This document shows, piece after piece, positions 17,429-27,255 of a DNA stretch of 64,000 bases. The position numbers were made by a program, and so were the translations under genes. The notes under the pieces are model-generated. The model was given only the letters and a program-made list of their open reading frames with translations. It did not search any database and had not been told where the DNA came from. The DNA comes from Candidatus Cloacimonadales bacterium (lineage in GTDB: Bacteria > Cloacimonadota > Cloacimonadia > Cloacimonadales > JAIOQZ01): the NCBI GenBank assembly GCA_963665815.1, contig OY762463.1:1056001-1120000 (forward strand), written 5' to 3'. Every line of letters starts with the position of its first letter. Position 1 is the stretch's first letter.

Positions 17429-20110
17429 ATGAGAAGATATTTATCTTTTCTTGTGGTATCAATATTTCTGTTTGTTTATAGTATGCTGACTGCTAATCCT
17501 GTATCTTTAAAGAAAGCGGAAAATACAGCAGCTAACTTCTTGAAATTCAAGAAAATTGATGCCTCAATAATGAAAAACGAAGTAATCGTAAATAAGGCGG
17601 AAAAGATTGCTTACGTTTTCCATACAGATCCTGAAGGATTTGTAATTGTATCAGCTGATGATCAGCTGACACCAATTTATGCTTTTTCTACCAACAGCAC
17701 ATTTTCACAATCAAACGACAATGCTATGCATTTTATTAACACCGACCTTACAGAAAGACTCAGAGTAAAAGAATTTTTCTCAGAAGAACTTAAAGAAAAG
17801 AACGCTGAAGACTGGAATAATCTGAATGAGCAGGTTCCACACTTAGACATCCCACAAGGCTGGAGTGTTTACCCACCTGAAGGACTGACCAGTACAGACG
17901 GATGGATTACATCCAGATGGGGACAGGGAGATCCATTAAACATGTATTGCCCTATAGATCCAGGATCAGGAAACAGATCTGTAGTCGGATGTGTTGCGAC
18001 ATCTTTTGCACAGCTTGTGAATTATCACAAATACTTTGTACTACCTAACTTTACTTCTTCGGACAATTATGTTTCACAATATACAAATCCGGCAATTGAT
18101 ATTGACAATGATGCACAAACCTATGATTTCCCTACATTCAGCCAATTGAATCAGCTTCTTGTGCCTATCCAGAATGCATATCTGACTCACTCAACACCGG
18201 ATACCGATGATAAAGCTGCCCTTAATGCCGCTTGTGGATTTCTGGTTGAAATGAGTTATTCAGAAGCCGGTTCAGGATCAAATACACATCAAATAGCTGA
18301 TGCGATAGTCAACAGACTGGGATATACTTCTGCATCAACTATGTCTACATGGCATACAGACCATGATGTTTTCTATGCCAATCTGATTAATGATATGCAG
18401 AATGCCCGTCCCGGTGTTTTGTCAATATTCAAATCTGTTGGGTATGATGGACATGCAATCAATGTTGACGGTTATAGAAGCGACCTTGATCATTATCACC
18501 TGAATTTTGGCTGGAATGGAAATTCTGATGGTTGGTATTCATTACCTGCCGGAATGCCGGAAAACTATGACAATGTCAGCAGTGCTGTATATAATGTTGA
18601 AGGTGGAGACCTTCCAATGTATCTTTCAGGAAGCGTTTCCGTACCTGAAGGCAGTCCTCGATATGTTGACCTGACTTTCGCCGGTCCTACAGTATTCGAT
18701 ATCACGATTGATAACGAGCAAGGAGATTTCCAACTTTACAATATCCCACCCGGAAACTATACAATTATCGGTACAAAAAGTAATCCTGACGGTTTTACAT
18801 ATACCGGAACTGTGTACATCAATGAAAACACTTCAACAATAGATATTCAGATGAGTTACAGTGGAATAATAAGAGGTAGTTTTTCAGGTCCTGCCGATAA
18901 TGCAGAAAAGATTATTGAAATTTTCGAAAACGATGAACTGATAAAAAGTGCTTATTCAAATTCTGACAGCTTTGAAATGTATGCCCCCCTTCCGGGTAAC
19001 TACACAATAAAAGCCAGATCCGGACGTAATTACTTCTATGAATCAGAACTGACTATTGTATCCGGAGAACAGGTTCAAAACCTGACTTTGGAACACAATC
19101 CCGGTAATATCAGTATAGGAAATCACTCTCGACCATCTTCTGGTTTATTTCAGGAAATAGCACTTGAAAGAATGAATTTTGCAGTTAAAGTTGAAAATGA
19201 ACTGCTGAGTGATAATGTGGATAATTATCTGATAGGAATTCGATTCAGAACACCTTTTGCCAGTGGTCAGGGAGAATTAAAACCTGCTATATGGAAAGGT
19301 TCTTCACTTGTATCTCAGACCGTATTGGAAAACTACAACAGTGATGAATGGGTAGAAGTTTATTTCGACAGTTTTGTTAAGATTGACACGGAAAATGACT
19401 TTTACTTTGGATATACTGTCGATGCTCCTGAAGGATTTAAAAAAGCATGGTTAGACTCCGGTTCTCATAGTAATGGTTTTTATCTTTCAAATCTATCTGC
19501 AAACTGGAATGAATACAACATGGAGAACAATCCGCATCTATGCATGCAGGGCTTAGTCAGTACAGCCAGTTATGGCACAATAACAGGGCATATCACAAAT
19601 AATATGTCATCTGAGCAAACCCCTATTGTGATCAAAGCCGGTAACAACTACCACTACGCTATGACAAACAGTGATTTCAGTATGGATGCCAATGATGGGT
19701 ATCTTGATATTTTTGCTTTTAATTCAATGTATATCTCTACTGAACAACAAATACTAGTTGAAAACGCTACTACAACGAATCCTGTAAACATTGTTCTGCA
19801 AGTGTCCGGCTCCGAAGAAGATGTTCAAAGAGCTAATCCTCTTACAGCATCTAATACTCCAAACCCTTTCAACCCTGAAACAATAATAAACTTCAGTCTT
19901 CCTGAAAAGGGCAATATTGAAGTTGCCGTTTATAATGTTAAAGGTCAAAAAATTGCAACTCTTGCTAATGAACACTACAATGCCGGGGAACACAACTTGA
20001 CATGGCATGGAAAGGACAGTACCGGAAAGGCTGTTGGAAGCGGGATATATTTCTATCGTATTCAAACAGCGAAAGATGCTTTCATCGGAAAAATGGTACT
20101 CATAAAATAA
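17429..20110 (+). CDS. C10 (streptopain-like) cysteine peptidase with prodomain, Ig-like domains and C-terminal FlgD-Ig/CTD
   Basis: GFVIVSADD prodomain, WGQG, GCVATSFAQ (catalytic Cys), GHA.NVDGY (His), HLNFGW; start at ATG 17429 after GGAGGT. Confidence 0.9.
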   Translation: MRRYLSFLVVSIFLFVYSMLTANPVSLKKAENTAANFLKFKKIDASIMKNEVIVNKAEKIAYVFHTDPEGFVIVSADDQLTPIYAFSTNSTFSQSNDNAMHFINTDLTERLRVKEFFSEELKEKNAEDWNNLNEQVPHLDIPQGWSVYPPEGLTSTDGWITSRWGQGDPLNMYCPIDPGSGNRSVVGCVATSFAQLVNYHKYFVLPNFTSSDNYVSQYTNPAIDIDNDAQTYDFPTFSQLNQLLVPIQNAYLTHSTPDTDDKAALNAACGFLVEMSYSEAGSGSNTHQIADAIVNRLGYTSASTMSTWHTDHDVFYANLINDMQNARPGVLSIFKSVGYDGHAINVDGYRSDLDHYHLNFGWNGNSDGWYSLPAGMPENYDNVSSAVYNVEGGDLPMYLSGSVSVPEGSPRYVDLTFAGPTVFDITIDNEQGDFQLYNIPPGNYTIIGTKSNPDGFTYTGTVYINENTSTIDIQMSYSGIIRGSFSGPADNAEKIIEIFENDELIKSAYSNSDSFEMYAPLPGNYTIKARSGRNYFYESELTIVSGEQVQNLTLEHNPGNISIGNHSRPSSGLFQEIALERMNFAVKVENELLSDNVDNYLIGIRFRTPFASGQGELKPAIWKGSSLVSQTVLENYNSDEWVEVYFDSFVKIDTENDFYFGYTVDAPEGFKKAWLDSGSHSNGFYLSNLSANWNEYNMENNPHLCMQGLVSTASYGTITGHITNNMSSEQTPIVIKAGNNYHYAMTNSDFSMDANDGYLDIFAFNSMYISTEQQILVENATTTNPVNIVLQVSGSEEDVQRANPLTASNTPNPFNPETIINFSLPEKGNIEVAVYNVKGQKIATLANEHYNAGEHNLTWHGKDSTGKAVGSGIYFYRIQTAKDAFIGKMVLIK

Positions 20111-20126
20111 TGAAACCGGAGATTGT

Positions 20127-20573
20127 ATGAATCTGAAATCTATAACTATTTTTACTGCTCTGATTTTGCTTGCACAATTCGCAATTGCAATATCATTCAG
20201 TGAATTCAGAGATTTGTCTGCGAAAGTAGTGACTCCTGATTTCAGAATAGATGCAAAGCAAAGTGTTGAAACTTCAGATTCTTTTAGAATTGTATACCAA
20301 TCAGCACTTGATCCTATGATTTCAGTAACAATCTCATTTTATCCTGATAAAAGCACTTTCAGGGAAGAAGATCTTATTGCCAACTCTCAGAAATTCAAAT
20401 GGAATAACATGAATTGCCTGTATTCTAATGAACCTGAAGTTATGTCATGCCTGTCAATTAAGCTTAGTGACAGCAGAGGTCTTATCTGTTACAAGATAAC
20501 AGATTTCCAAGGCTCAATGACTAAAGATGATCTTATTCATGGAATTGAAGCTATGGACTTCACAAAGTTCTAA
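20127..20573 (+). CDS. Hypothetical exported protein
   Basis: Signal peptide; 16 bp after the peptidase gene. Confidence 0.7.
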   Translation: MNLKSITIFTALILLAQFAIAISFSEFRDLSAKVVTPDFRIDAKQSVETSDSFRIVYQSALDPMISVTISFYPDKSTFREEDLIANSQKFKWNNMNCLYSNEPEVMSCLSIKLSDSRGLICYKITDFQGSMTKDDLIHGIEAMDFTKF

Positions 20574-20599
20574 TTAACAACAAATAATATTAAACATAC

Positions 20600-20623
20600 A
20601 AGGTCGGGTTTTCCGACCTTTTT
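20600..20623 (+). terminator. Rho-independent terminator
   Basis: aaggtcgg-gtttt-ccgacctt followed by ttt. Confidence 0.8.
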
Positions 20624-20789
20624 CTATTCATTATAAGCATTGTATAAAAACCAGAATTAAGATGCATTGTATTGTTTTTTTTAAGGTTTAAATCCGATAA
20701 ATTCTAAAATTGGATCACTTAATCCAATTATGCGAAATACTCTAATTTTTGCAGGATAGATTAAAAAAAACAAAAACAAATTGACATTA

Positions 20790-20803
20790 TTAGATAAGTC
20801 TAA
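20790..20803. promoter_or_regulatory. Candidate DtxR-family operator 1
   Basis: TTAG-ataagt-CTAA just downstream of TTGACA, upstream of the regulator gene. Confidence 0.65.
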
Positions 20804-20838
20804 CTTTTTAGAATCAAATTAACTCAAAGGAGTATAGG

Positions 20839-21576
20839 ATGGATGTTGTATTATCCAGCAGTCTTGAAGATTATCTCGAAAAGATCTGGCAAATCCTCAC
20901 ACAAAAAGGTGTAGTTCATGCAATTGATATTGCTGAATCTTTAAAAGTAAAAAAACCATCCGTTACTTCTGCTTTGAGAAAACTCTCTTCAAAGGGCTTA
21001 ATAAACTATCAGCCTTATAAACCTGTAACATTAACCGAATCAGGGGAAAAAGCTGCAAGAAGAATCCTTGAGAAACATATAGCTATTAAGAATTTCTTTC
21101 TTAATGTCCTTGATATAAAGACAGATGTAGCAGATGAACTCGCCTGCTCCATGGAACACCTTGTAACAGATCGAATTATTTCAAAGATGATCGCTTTTGA
21201 AAAGTTTGTACATCGTTGCCCGAATTTTGATTATTCTTGGATTGATGGTGAAGGTTTCTTCTGTAATACACGAGAAGATAAATGTAAGAATTGTGATACT
21301 TATTGTAAGAATAACTATATAAATATAAAATCGGAGGAAAAGAAAATGAGTAAAACACTCAGTGAAATGAAACCTGGAGAAAACGGTGTTGTCAACTGTA
21401 TATCCAATTCAAGTCCTAATAGAAAGAAACTGACAGAAATGGGAATAATCAAAGGCAGACCTGTTGAAATAGTAAAAATAGCCCCACTTGGAGATCCAAT
21501 TGAAATCGATATTAAAGGTTATAAATTGTCATTACGTAAAGAGGAAGCCAATAACATACTTGTAACAATTGGTTAA
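20839..21576 (+). CDS. DtxR/MntR-family metal-dependent regulator fused to a C-terminal FeoA domain
   Basis: EDYLE.I, wHTH, ACSMEH metal site, Cys-rich linker, APLGDPIE..GY.LSLRKEEA. Confidence 0.92.
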   Translation: MDVVLSSSLEDYLEKIWQILTQKGVVHAIDIAESLKVKKPSVTSALRKLSSKGLINYQPYKPVTLTESGEKAARRILEKHIAIKNFFLNVLDIKTDVADELACSMEHLVTDRIISKMIAFEKFVHRCPNFDYSWIDGEGFFCNTREDKCKNCDTYCKNNYINIKSEEKKMSKTLSEMKPGENGVVNCISNSSPNRKKLTEMGIIKGRPVEIVKIAPLGDPIEIDIKGYKLSLRKEEANNILVTIG

Positions 21577-21594
21577 ATTTTTTTGAACTTTAAG

Positions 21595-21608
21595 TTAGTT
21601 TTATCTAA
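21595..21608. promoter_or_regulatory. Candidate DtxR-family operator 2
   Basis: TTAG-ttttat-CTAA upstream of feoB. Confidence 0.65.
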
Positions 21609-21629
21609 CTATTTTTTATCTTATAAAAG

Positions 21630-21643
21630 TTAGTTAAAACTAA
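21630..21643. promoter_or_regulatory. Candidate DtxR-family operator 3
   Basis: TTAG-ttaaaa-CTAA just before the feoB RBS. Confidence 0.65.
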
Positions 21644-21658
21644 TTATTGAGAGGAATA

Positions 21659-23779
21659 ATGAGTACATACAAAATTGCATTAGCAGGAAATCCCAATTGT
21701 GGGAAAACTACAATATTTAATTCGCTAACCGGTGCTAATCAAAAAACCGGCAATTACCCCGGAGTGACCGTAGAAAAGAAAGAGGGCTCCTATAATTTCA
21801 AACAAAGTAAGTATCAAGTCATTGATTTGCCGGGAATTTACAGCTTTTCAACAAACTCACCTGAAGAAGTTATTGCACGCGATGTAATATTAGAAGAAAA
21901 ACCGGATCTTGTCGTTAACATTATAGATACATCCAATCTCGAAAGAAATCTATACCTCACTGTCCAGTTAATGGAAATGGAAATCCCTTACCTGCTGGTA
22001 TTCAACATGTGGGATGAAGTTCAGAAAAGAGGTTGCAATATCGATCTAAAAAAAATATCTGAAGCTTTTGGGGCTGAAATTATCAGTTTCGTTGGACATA
22101 AAGGTATTGGAGTAGATCAACTTAAAGAAAAGATTTTTACAAATATGGGATTTAAAAGACGCAACCTTCTGCATTACTCTCACGAAACAGAATCTTTAAT
22201 TGCAGAAATAGAAAATGTTATCAAAGCTTCAACAAAAGCCTATGAAAATATCCCAGATAAATGGTTTGCAGTGAAACTTATAGAAAAAGATTCCAGAATA
22301 ACTACAATGATTAACAACTACGGCAATATTAAAGAAGAAGTAGATTTACGAATTGAACATTTCGAGAAGAAAACAGATGAAGGAAGCGACATATACATTG
22401 CAGAACAGAGATATGGTTTTATATCCGGAGTCTGTCAGAAGTATGTCAGGAACAATGTTGAATTACGCCACTCCGTATCAGACAAAATTGATGCTGTTCT
22501 AACAAACAAAGTCCTGGGACTCCCAATATTTATAGCCTTGATGTATCTTGTTTTCAAGCTGACATTTGTTGTCGGAGACCCGTTAATGGGCTGGATAGAA
22601 AGTAGCTTTGAGCTTCTGTCGGGATTTATTGAAGGGTTCTGGGCTGAAGGAAGTGAAAGTCTCTTAAAGTCGCTCATTCTGGATGGAGTTATCGGTGGAG
22701 TTGGAGGAGTAGTAGTCTTTCTGCCTAATATTATTCTATTGTTTCTGGCAATCGCAATACTTGAAGGTACGGGATATATGTCCAGGGCTGCATTTATTAT
22801 GGATAGAATAATGAAATCAATAGGTCTGCATGGAAACAGCTTTATCCCTATGCTAATTGGTTTTGGCTGTACTGTTCCGGCAATCATGGCTACAAGAACA
22901 CTCGAAAATAGAAAAGACAGATTTACAACATTACTTGTTGCTCCTCTGATGAGTTGTGGTGCCCGGCTCCCCATCTACGCCTTAATTATACCGGCATTCT
23001 TCCCTTCCGTTATGCAGGCAAAAGTTCTTGCAATTATCTATTTCAGTGGGATTGCTCTCGCAATATTGCTGGCGAAACTGCTGAGATCAACAATATTCAA
23101 AGGGGAAACCGAAACATTCATTATGGAGCTCCCCCCCTATCGAATCCCAACTCTCAGGTCCATTCTAATGCAAATGTGGAGCAGAGCTATGATATACCTC
23201 AAAAAAGCAGGTACTATCATTCTTGCAATATCAATTGTTATGTGGGTACTGGTTACATTCCCCAGAACAGATAAGTTTGCTGAATATTATGCAGAACAGG
23301 AAACACTCCTGAGAAAACAGAATCTTACCGAAAAAGTACTGAATGAAAAGTTAGAAGAACTTCAAATGAAACAGCAGTCAGATGAGCTTGCATATTCAAT
23401 TACCGGAAGAATAGGAAAAGCACTTGAACCTGCGCTGAAACCCCTTGGTTTTGACTGGAAAATTGGTGCTGCCATGATAGGTGCATTTGCCGCTAAGGAA
23501 GTCTTTGTCGCTCAACTGGGAATAGTTTACTCTGTCGGTGAAGCTGACGAAGAATCTCAAACATTACGTGATAAACTTAAAGAGAACTACACACCATTGA
23601 TTGCTCTTTCCATTATGTTGTTTGCATTGATTAGTGCGCCATGCATGGCTACAATAGCAGTGACAAAAAGAGAAACAAACTCGTGGGGCTGGGCTCTAGG
23701 TCAACTTGCCGGATTAACGCTGACTGCATATATTGTATCATTGCTTGTCTATCAAATTGGAAAACTGATGGGATTCTGA
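21659..23779 (+). CDS. feoB: Ferrous iron transporter B
   Basis: GNPNCGKTT, NYPGVTVE, DLPG.YS, NMWD, GFGCTVPA, MSCGARLP, PCMAT motifs. Confidence 0.97.
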   Translation: MSTYKIALAGNPNCGKTTIFNSLTGANQKTGNYPGVTVEKKEGSYNFKQSKYQVIDLPGIYSFSTNSPEEVIARDVILEEKPDLVVNIIDTSNLERNLYLTVQLMEMEIPYLLVFNMWDEVQKRGCNIDLKKISEAFGAEIISFVGHKGIGVDQLKEKIFTNMGFKRRNLLHYSHETESLIAEIENVIKASTKAYENIPDKWFAVKLIEKDSRITTMINNYGNIKEEVDLRIEHFEKKTDEGSDIYIAEQRYGFISGVCQKYVRNNVELRHSVSDKIDAVLTNKVLGLPIFIALMYLVFKLTFVVGDPLMGWIESSFELLSGFIEGFWAEGSESLLKSLILDGVIGGVGGVVVFLPNIILLFLAIAILEGTGYMSRAAFIMDRIMKSIGLHGNSFIPMLIGFGCTVPAIMATRTLENRKDRFTTLLVAPLMSCGARLPIYALIIPAFFPSVMQAKVLAIIYFSGIALAILLAKLLRSTIFKGETETFIMELPPYRIPTLRSILMQMWSRAMIYLKKAGTIILAISIVMWVLVTFPRTDKFAEYYAEQETLLRKQNLTEKVLNEKLEELQMKQQSDELAYSITGRIGKALEPALKPLGFDWKIGAAMIGAFAAKEVFVAQLGIVYSVGEADEESQTLRDKLKENYTPLIALSIMLFALISAPCMATIAVTKRETNSWGWALGQLAGLTLTAYIVSLLVYQIGKLMGF

Positions 23780-23791
23780 TAAGGAGATCTT

Positions 23792-23998
23792 ATGTTAGAA
23801 GGAATAATCATATTTTTAATTGTTATCGCTGCAGTATTCTTCCTTGCAAAAAGCATTAAAAAATCCAGGCGGGATGAATTCAAATGTTCATCATGTGTAA
23901 CCTCAAAAACGTGTTCTCATGAGAATTGCAGTTACTGTCCGAGTGCCAAAAAAAATTTATCATTAAAGTTAGATGAGACTAATTATAAGGAGATATAA
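23792..23998 (+). CDS. FeoB-associated Cys-rich membrane protein
   Basis: N-terminal TM followed by CSSC...C....CSYC. Confidence 0.8.
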   Translation: MLEGIIIFLIVIAAVFFLAKSIKKSRRDEFKCSSCVTSKTCSHENCSYCPSAKKNLSLKLDETNYKEI

Positions 23999-25008
23999 TG
24001 AAAAAGACATTACTAATTATTTTACTTGTACAGGCTATGTTTCTTACGGCAATTGAGAAACCCAAAATGCACTCAAGTATCATGCTTGATGCAAAATTCT
24101 ATTCCGGTTCTGATTCCAATTCAGGTCTATACGATACAACTAATCGTTACCAGATAAGGAAAGCAGCTCTGGAATTTGAAGGCAAAATCACCGAGTTCAT
24201 TGAGTATGGAGTAGAATTTGGTGTTTCAACATGTTCAGGAGGAGGAATAGACCTGAAACTAATGGAAGCTGCTCTCGATTATGATCTGAGTAATGGGCTG
24301 ACAATCGGACTGCGTCAAGGGCATGTTTTGCGGGGATTCGCCGGAGCAACTGAATGCAGCGATCGTCTTACCCTTGAAAAACCACAATTCTTTAAAACAT
24401 TTGCAACTTGTCATCCGACCGGTGTAGTTTTAGGGTACGACAGAGAGCTACCAATAGATTCAGCAATTGAGCTTGAAGCAGGTTTAATGAATGGACCTAA
24501 CGGAACTCTTGATGGAGAGCATGATTTTAACTTTGGCACAATTATAACCTCTCCTGTAGAAGGTTTGTCACTTTCCCTGAACTACAATCACACAGCTAAT
24601 AATTACTACAGAAATGATGGAAGTCAATTCAGTGATGACGGTTATAGAGCAATTGCAGGACTTGAATATGACTGTTATAATATTCAAGCTACTGGAGAAT
24701 ACTACTTTGGCAAAGGTTTTACATTCAATAACCAGGAAATGAAAGCTGCCTATTTACAGACAGGCTATTCATTTAAAACAGGAATGAAAAGACTTGGTTC
24801 TATCACTCCTTACATTCAGTATGAGTATTGGGACAAAGATTCTGACTCTGAAGAAAATAGTGAATACAGTTATTTAAGCGGTGGTCTTCTATTTTCCCTG
24901 GATTCTTACACAAAACTACGATTCGACTATTTTGCTGAAACCGATAAGCCTTCATCTGCCATTGAAACACCTGATTCATTCAATGTCAGATTACAATTGG
25001 TATTTTAG
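23998..25008 (+). CDS. Porin-like outer-membrane beta-barrel (OprO/P-like)
   Basis: Signal peptide, QIRKAAL.FEG, C-terminal VRLQLVF. Confidence 0.75.
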   Translation: MKKTLLIILLVQAMFLTAIEKPKMHSSIMLDAKFYSGSDSNSGLYDTTNRYQIRKAALEFEGKITEFIEYGVEFGVSTCSGGGIDLKLMEAALDYDLSNGLTIGLRQGHVLRGFAGATECSDRLTLEKPQFFKTFATCHPTGVVLGYDRELPIDSAIELEAGLMNGPNGTLDGEHDFNFGTIITSPVEGLSLSLNYNHTANNYYRNDGSQFSDDGYRAIAGLEYDCYNIQATGEYYFGKGFTFNNQEMKAAYLQTGYSFKTGMKRLGSITPYIQYEYWDKDSDSEENSEYSYLSGGLLFSLDSYTKLRFDYFAETDKPSSAIETPDSFNVRLQLVF

Positions 25009-25016
25009 GAGGAATA

Positions 25017-25889
25017 ATGAAATATATACTTGCTATAATTTTAATCAGTTCTTTTCTTTATGCTGAGACTCTTATACTATCCCCTACAGATGACATGTAT
25101 ACAGATGCTGACCATCCTGGGACACAGCCTGATTTAGCTCAGCTCTGGACTGCTGACTTCCAGGCGAGTGGGCACTTTGAAAGAATCATGATGAAGTTTG
25201 ACTTATCCCAGTTAACCGGATTAGACATCACATCAGCTACTCTTCACCTTACACGTTTGTACAGTTGTCCAAGCGGTGGTACTACTGCATCCAAATTCTA
25301 CCCGATTACAGAAAGCTGGAATGAAGCGACCTGGGATCATACACAACACATTCAATATGATGCACAAGCAGCCATGAATTACGTTTTCACAGGTCCGGGT
25401 GGAAATGTAAACCATAACTTTGAAGTAGATGTTCTGCAACTGGTAACGCTCTGGCAAACCTGTATGTTTGCAAATCATGGATTTGTAATTCAGGCTAACA
25501 GTAATCAAAAATTCAGTAAGTTCTATTCTAAGGATCATTCTAATGCCTCTTACAGACCTTCCCTTGAAATTGAATATACTGTAACAGAAAACGGTGAACA
25601 ATGCAACGATTATGCAGTTGCTGAACTTTCAAACTACCCAAATCCATTTAACCCTGAAACAAATATTTCTTTCAGTCTTCCCCGGAACTCAAATGTTGAA
25701 CTTGAAGTTTACAACATTATAGGCAAAAAAGTGAAGACTCTTGCATCAGAACATATGACGCAGGGGGAGCACATCATAAAGTGGAATGGAAAAGACAGTA
25801 ATGGTAATCCGGTCAGCAGCGGCATATACTTATGTAGACTTAAAGCATCCGGTATGGAAAAAGTACACAGGATCATTTTACTGAAATAG
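25017..25889 (+). CDS. Secreted DNRLRE/CBM96-like domain protein with C-terminal FlgD-Ig/CTD
   Basis: R..MKFDLS....I.SATL.L, W.E.TW, F.SK....RPSLEI.Y, then YPNPFNPET. Confidence 0.75.
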   Translation: MKYILAIILISSFLYAETLILSPTDDMYTDADHPGTQPDLAQLWTADFQASGHFERIMMKFDLSQLTGLDITSATLHLTRLYSCPSGGTTASKFYPITESWNEATWDHTQHIQYDAQAAMNYVFTGPGGNVNHNFEVDVLQLVTLWQTCMFANHGFVIQANSNQKFSKFYSKDHSNASYRPSLEIEYTVTENGEQCNDYAVAELSNYPNPFNPETNISFSLPRNSNVELEVYNIIGKKVKTLASEHMTQGEHIIKWNGKDSNGNPVSSGIYLCRLKASGMEKVHRIILLK

Positions 25890-25896
25890 GATGTTT

Positions 25897-26376
25897 ATGA
25901 AAAACACATTTACAATTGTCATTCTGCTGTTTCTATCAACTGGGTTGTTAAGTCTTTCTCCACAGGAAAAATATATTGAGCAACTGAAAAATTATAAGGA
26001 GTTAACATTTGTGAATGAAAAGGAAAATATCATTATACTGAGAAATACAGAGAAAGAAACATTTTTTTTGATATTCACTGCTGATTTTCACAAGGAAGCA
26101 GGATATAATGGTATCACTAATACAGCCTTGTTATTGAATGAAAGGTTAGAAATTATAGAAATGGAAATTGTGTCGAGTGATGACACGCCATCCTATATAA
26201 GGAAGTTGAGACGAAACAGATTCCTGAAGCAGTTTATGGGAAATCCTGATTTCAATTATATTGAAGCTGTTACAGGTGCAACTATCTCCAGTAAAGCAGT
26301 GATAAACAGTATCAGGATTTCCTTAATTAAAGTCGAAGACAAACTACAGGAATTTAGTGTAGACACAAACCCATAG
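25897..26376 (+). CDS. Exported FMN-binding (flavinylation-target) protein
   Basis: GYNG, DTPSY and EAVTGATISS flavinylation motif. Confidence 0.8.
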   Translation: MKNTFTIVILLFLSTGLLSLSPQEKYIEQLKNYKELTFVNEKENIIILRNTEKETFFLIFTADFHKEAGYNGITNTALLLNERLEIIEMEIVSSDDTPSYIRKLRRNRFLKQFMGNPDFNYIEAVTGATISSKAVINSIRISLIKVEDKLQEFSVDTNP

Positions 26377-26397
26377 AAATCCGTCCATCCAATGTAA

Positions 26398-26426
26398 GCA
26401 CCCGTAGGATGCTACGGGTGTTTTTT
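26398..26426 (+). terminator. Terminator closing the feo operon
   Basis: gcacccgtag-gatg-ctacgggtgt followed by a T run. Confidence 0.85.
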
Positions 26427-26525
26427 GTGGAACTGCAGCACTGCTCTTATCCAGAATATTACTTTACAAAATGACTTTCATAAAATCTTATGATCTTAAA
26501 TTAATCTGGGAGTTAATATATTGCC

Positions 26526-27248
26526 ATGAAAACTTGTACAGGGATCAAACAGTTTACGAGCTTGAAGAAAATACTTATTCTTACACTATTCATTATAACC
26601 GGTTTATGCAGCCTGAACAGCTATAATTTTTCGGACAAACTTTCTTTTTATGCAGAGTTTGATTTTGCTGAGAAAACAAGGTTTGATGAGGTTAAAAACA
26701 AACTTGATGGTCAATCAGAAGCGATTGATGAAGAGATGAAAAATGATTCTCCTCAAATTGCGTATGGCATGAACATTGTTTTGAATAATAAATACAATGC
26801 TGATGTCAGTTATCTACAATCAAACATGACCTATAAATACAAAAGTGGCAGATATGTAGATGAATACAAACTTGAAAACAGCATAATTCATCCAGTACTG
26901 TATCATGCGATTAAGAAAAACAGCACATATTCGTTCAATATTGGAATTGGTTTACTATGCAATAACACCAGACTTATAATTGAAAGCAAAAGAGATGCTG
27001 TAATATTGAGTAAGGAAAAAAGCAAAAGAGAAAGAATATATACCCCAACACTTAATGCTAAAATGCAGAAAATGCTGCCAAATAATTTCCTGAACATAAA
27101 TTTCTTTTTTGGAGCTTCCTGTTCAATCCTGCTTAATACTGAACAGATTCTGAATTTCTCTGATGAAAATCCCCAGACATACGATTATGACTTTAAATTC
27201 AAGAATCCTTTTATTTCTGCAGGTCTTAATCTGGGCTTTTACTTATAG
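26526..27248 (+). CDS. Putative small outer-membrane beta-barrel protein
   Basis: Signal-like N-terminus, C-terminal AGLNLGFYL. Confidence 0.6.
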   Translation: MKTCTGIKQFTSLKKILILTLFIITGLCSLNSYNFSDKLSFYAEFDFAEKTRFDEVKNKLDGQSEAIDEEMKNDSPQIAYGMNIVLNNKYNADVSYLQSNMTYKYKSGRYVDEYKLENSIIHPVLYHAIKKNSTYSFNIGIGLLCNNTRLIIESKRDAVILSKEKSKRERIYTPTLNAKMQKMLPNNFLNINFFFGASCSILLNTEQILNFSDENPQTYDYDFKFKNPFISAGLNLGFYL

Positions 27249-27255
27249 AAAAATC

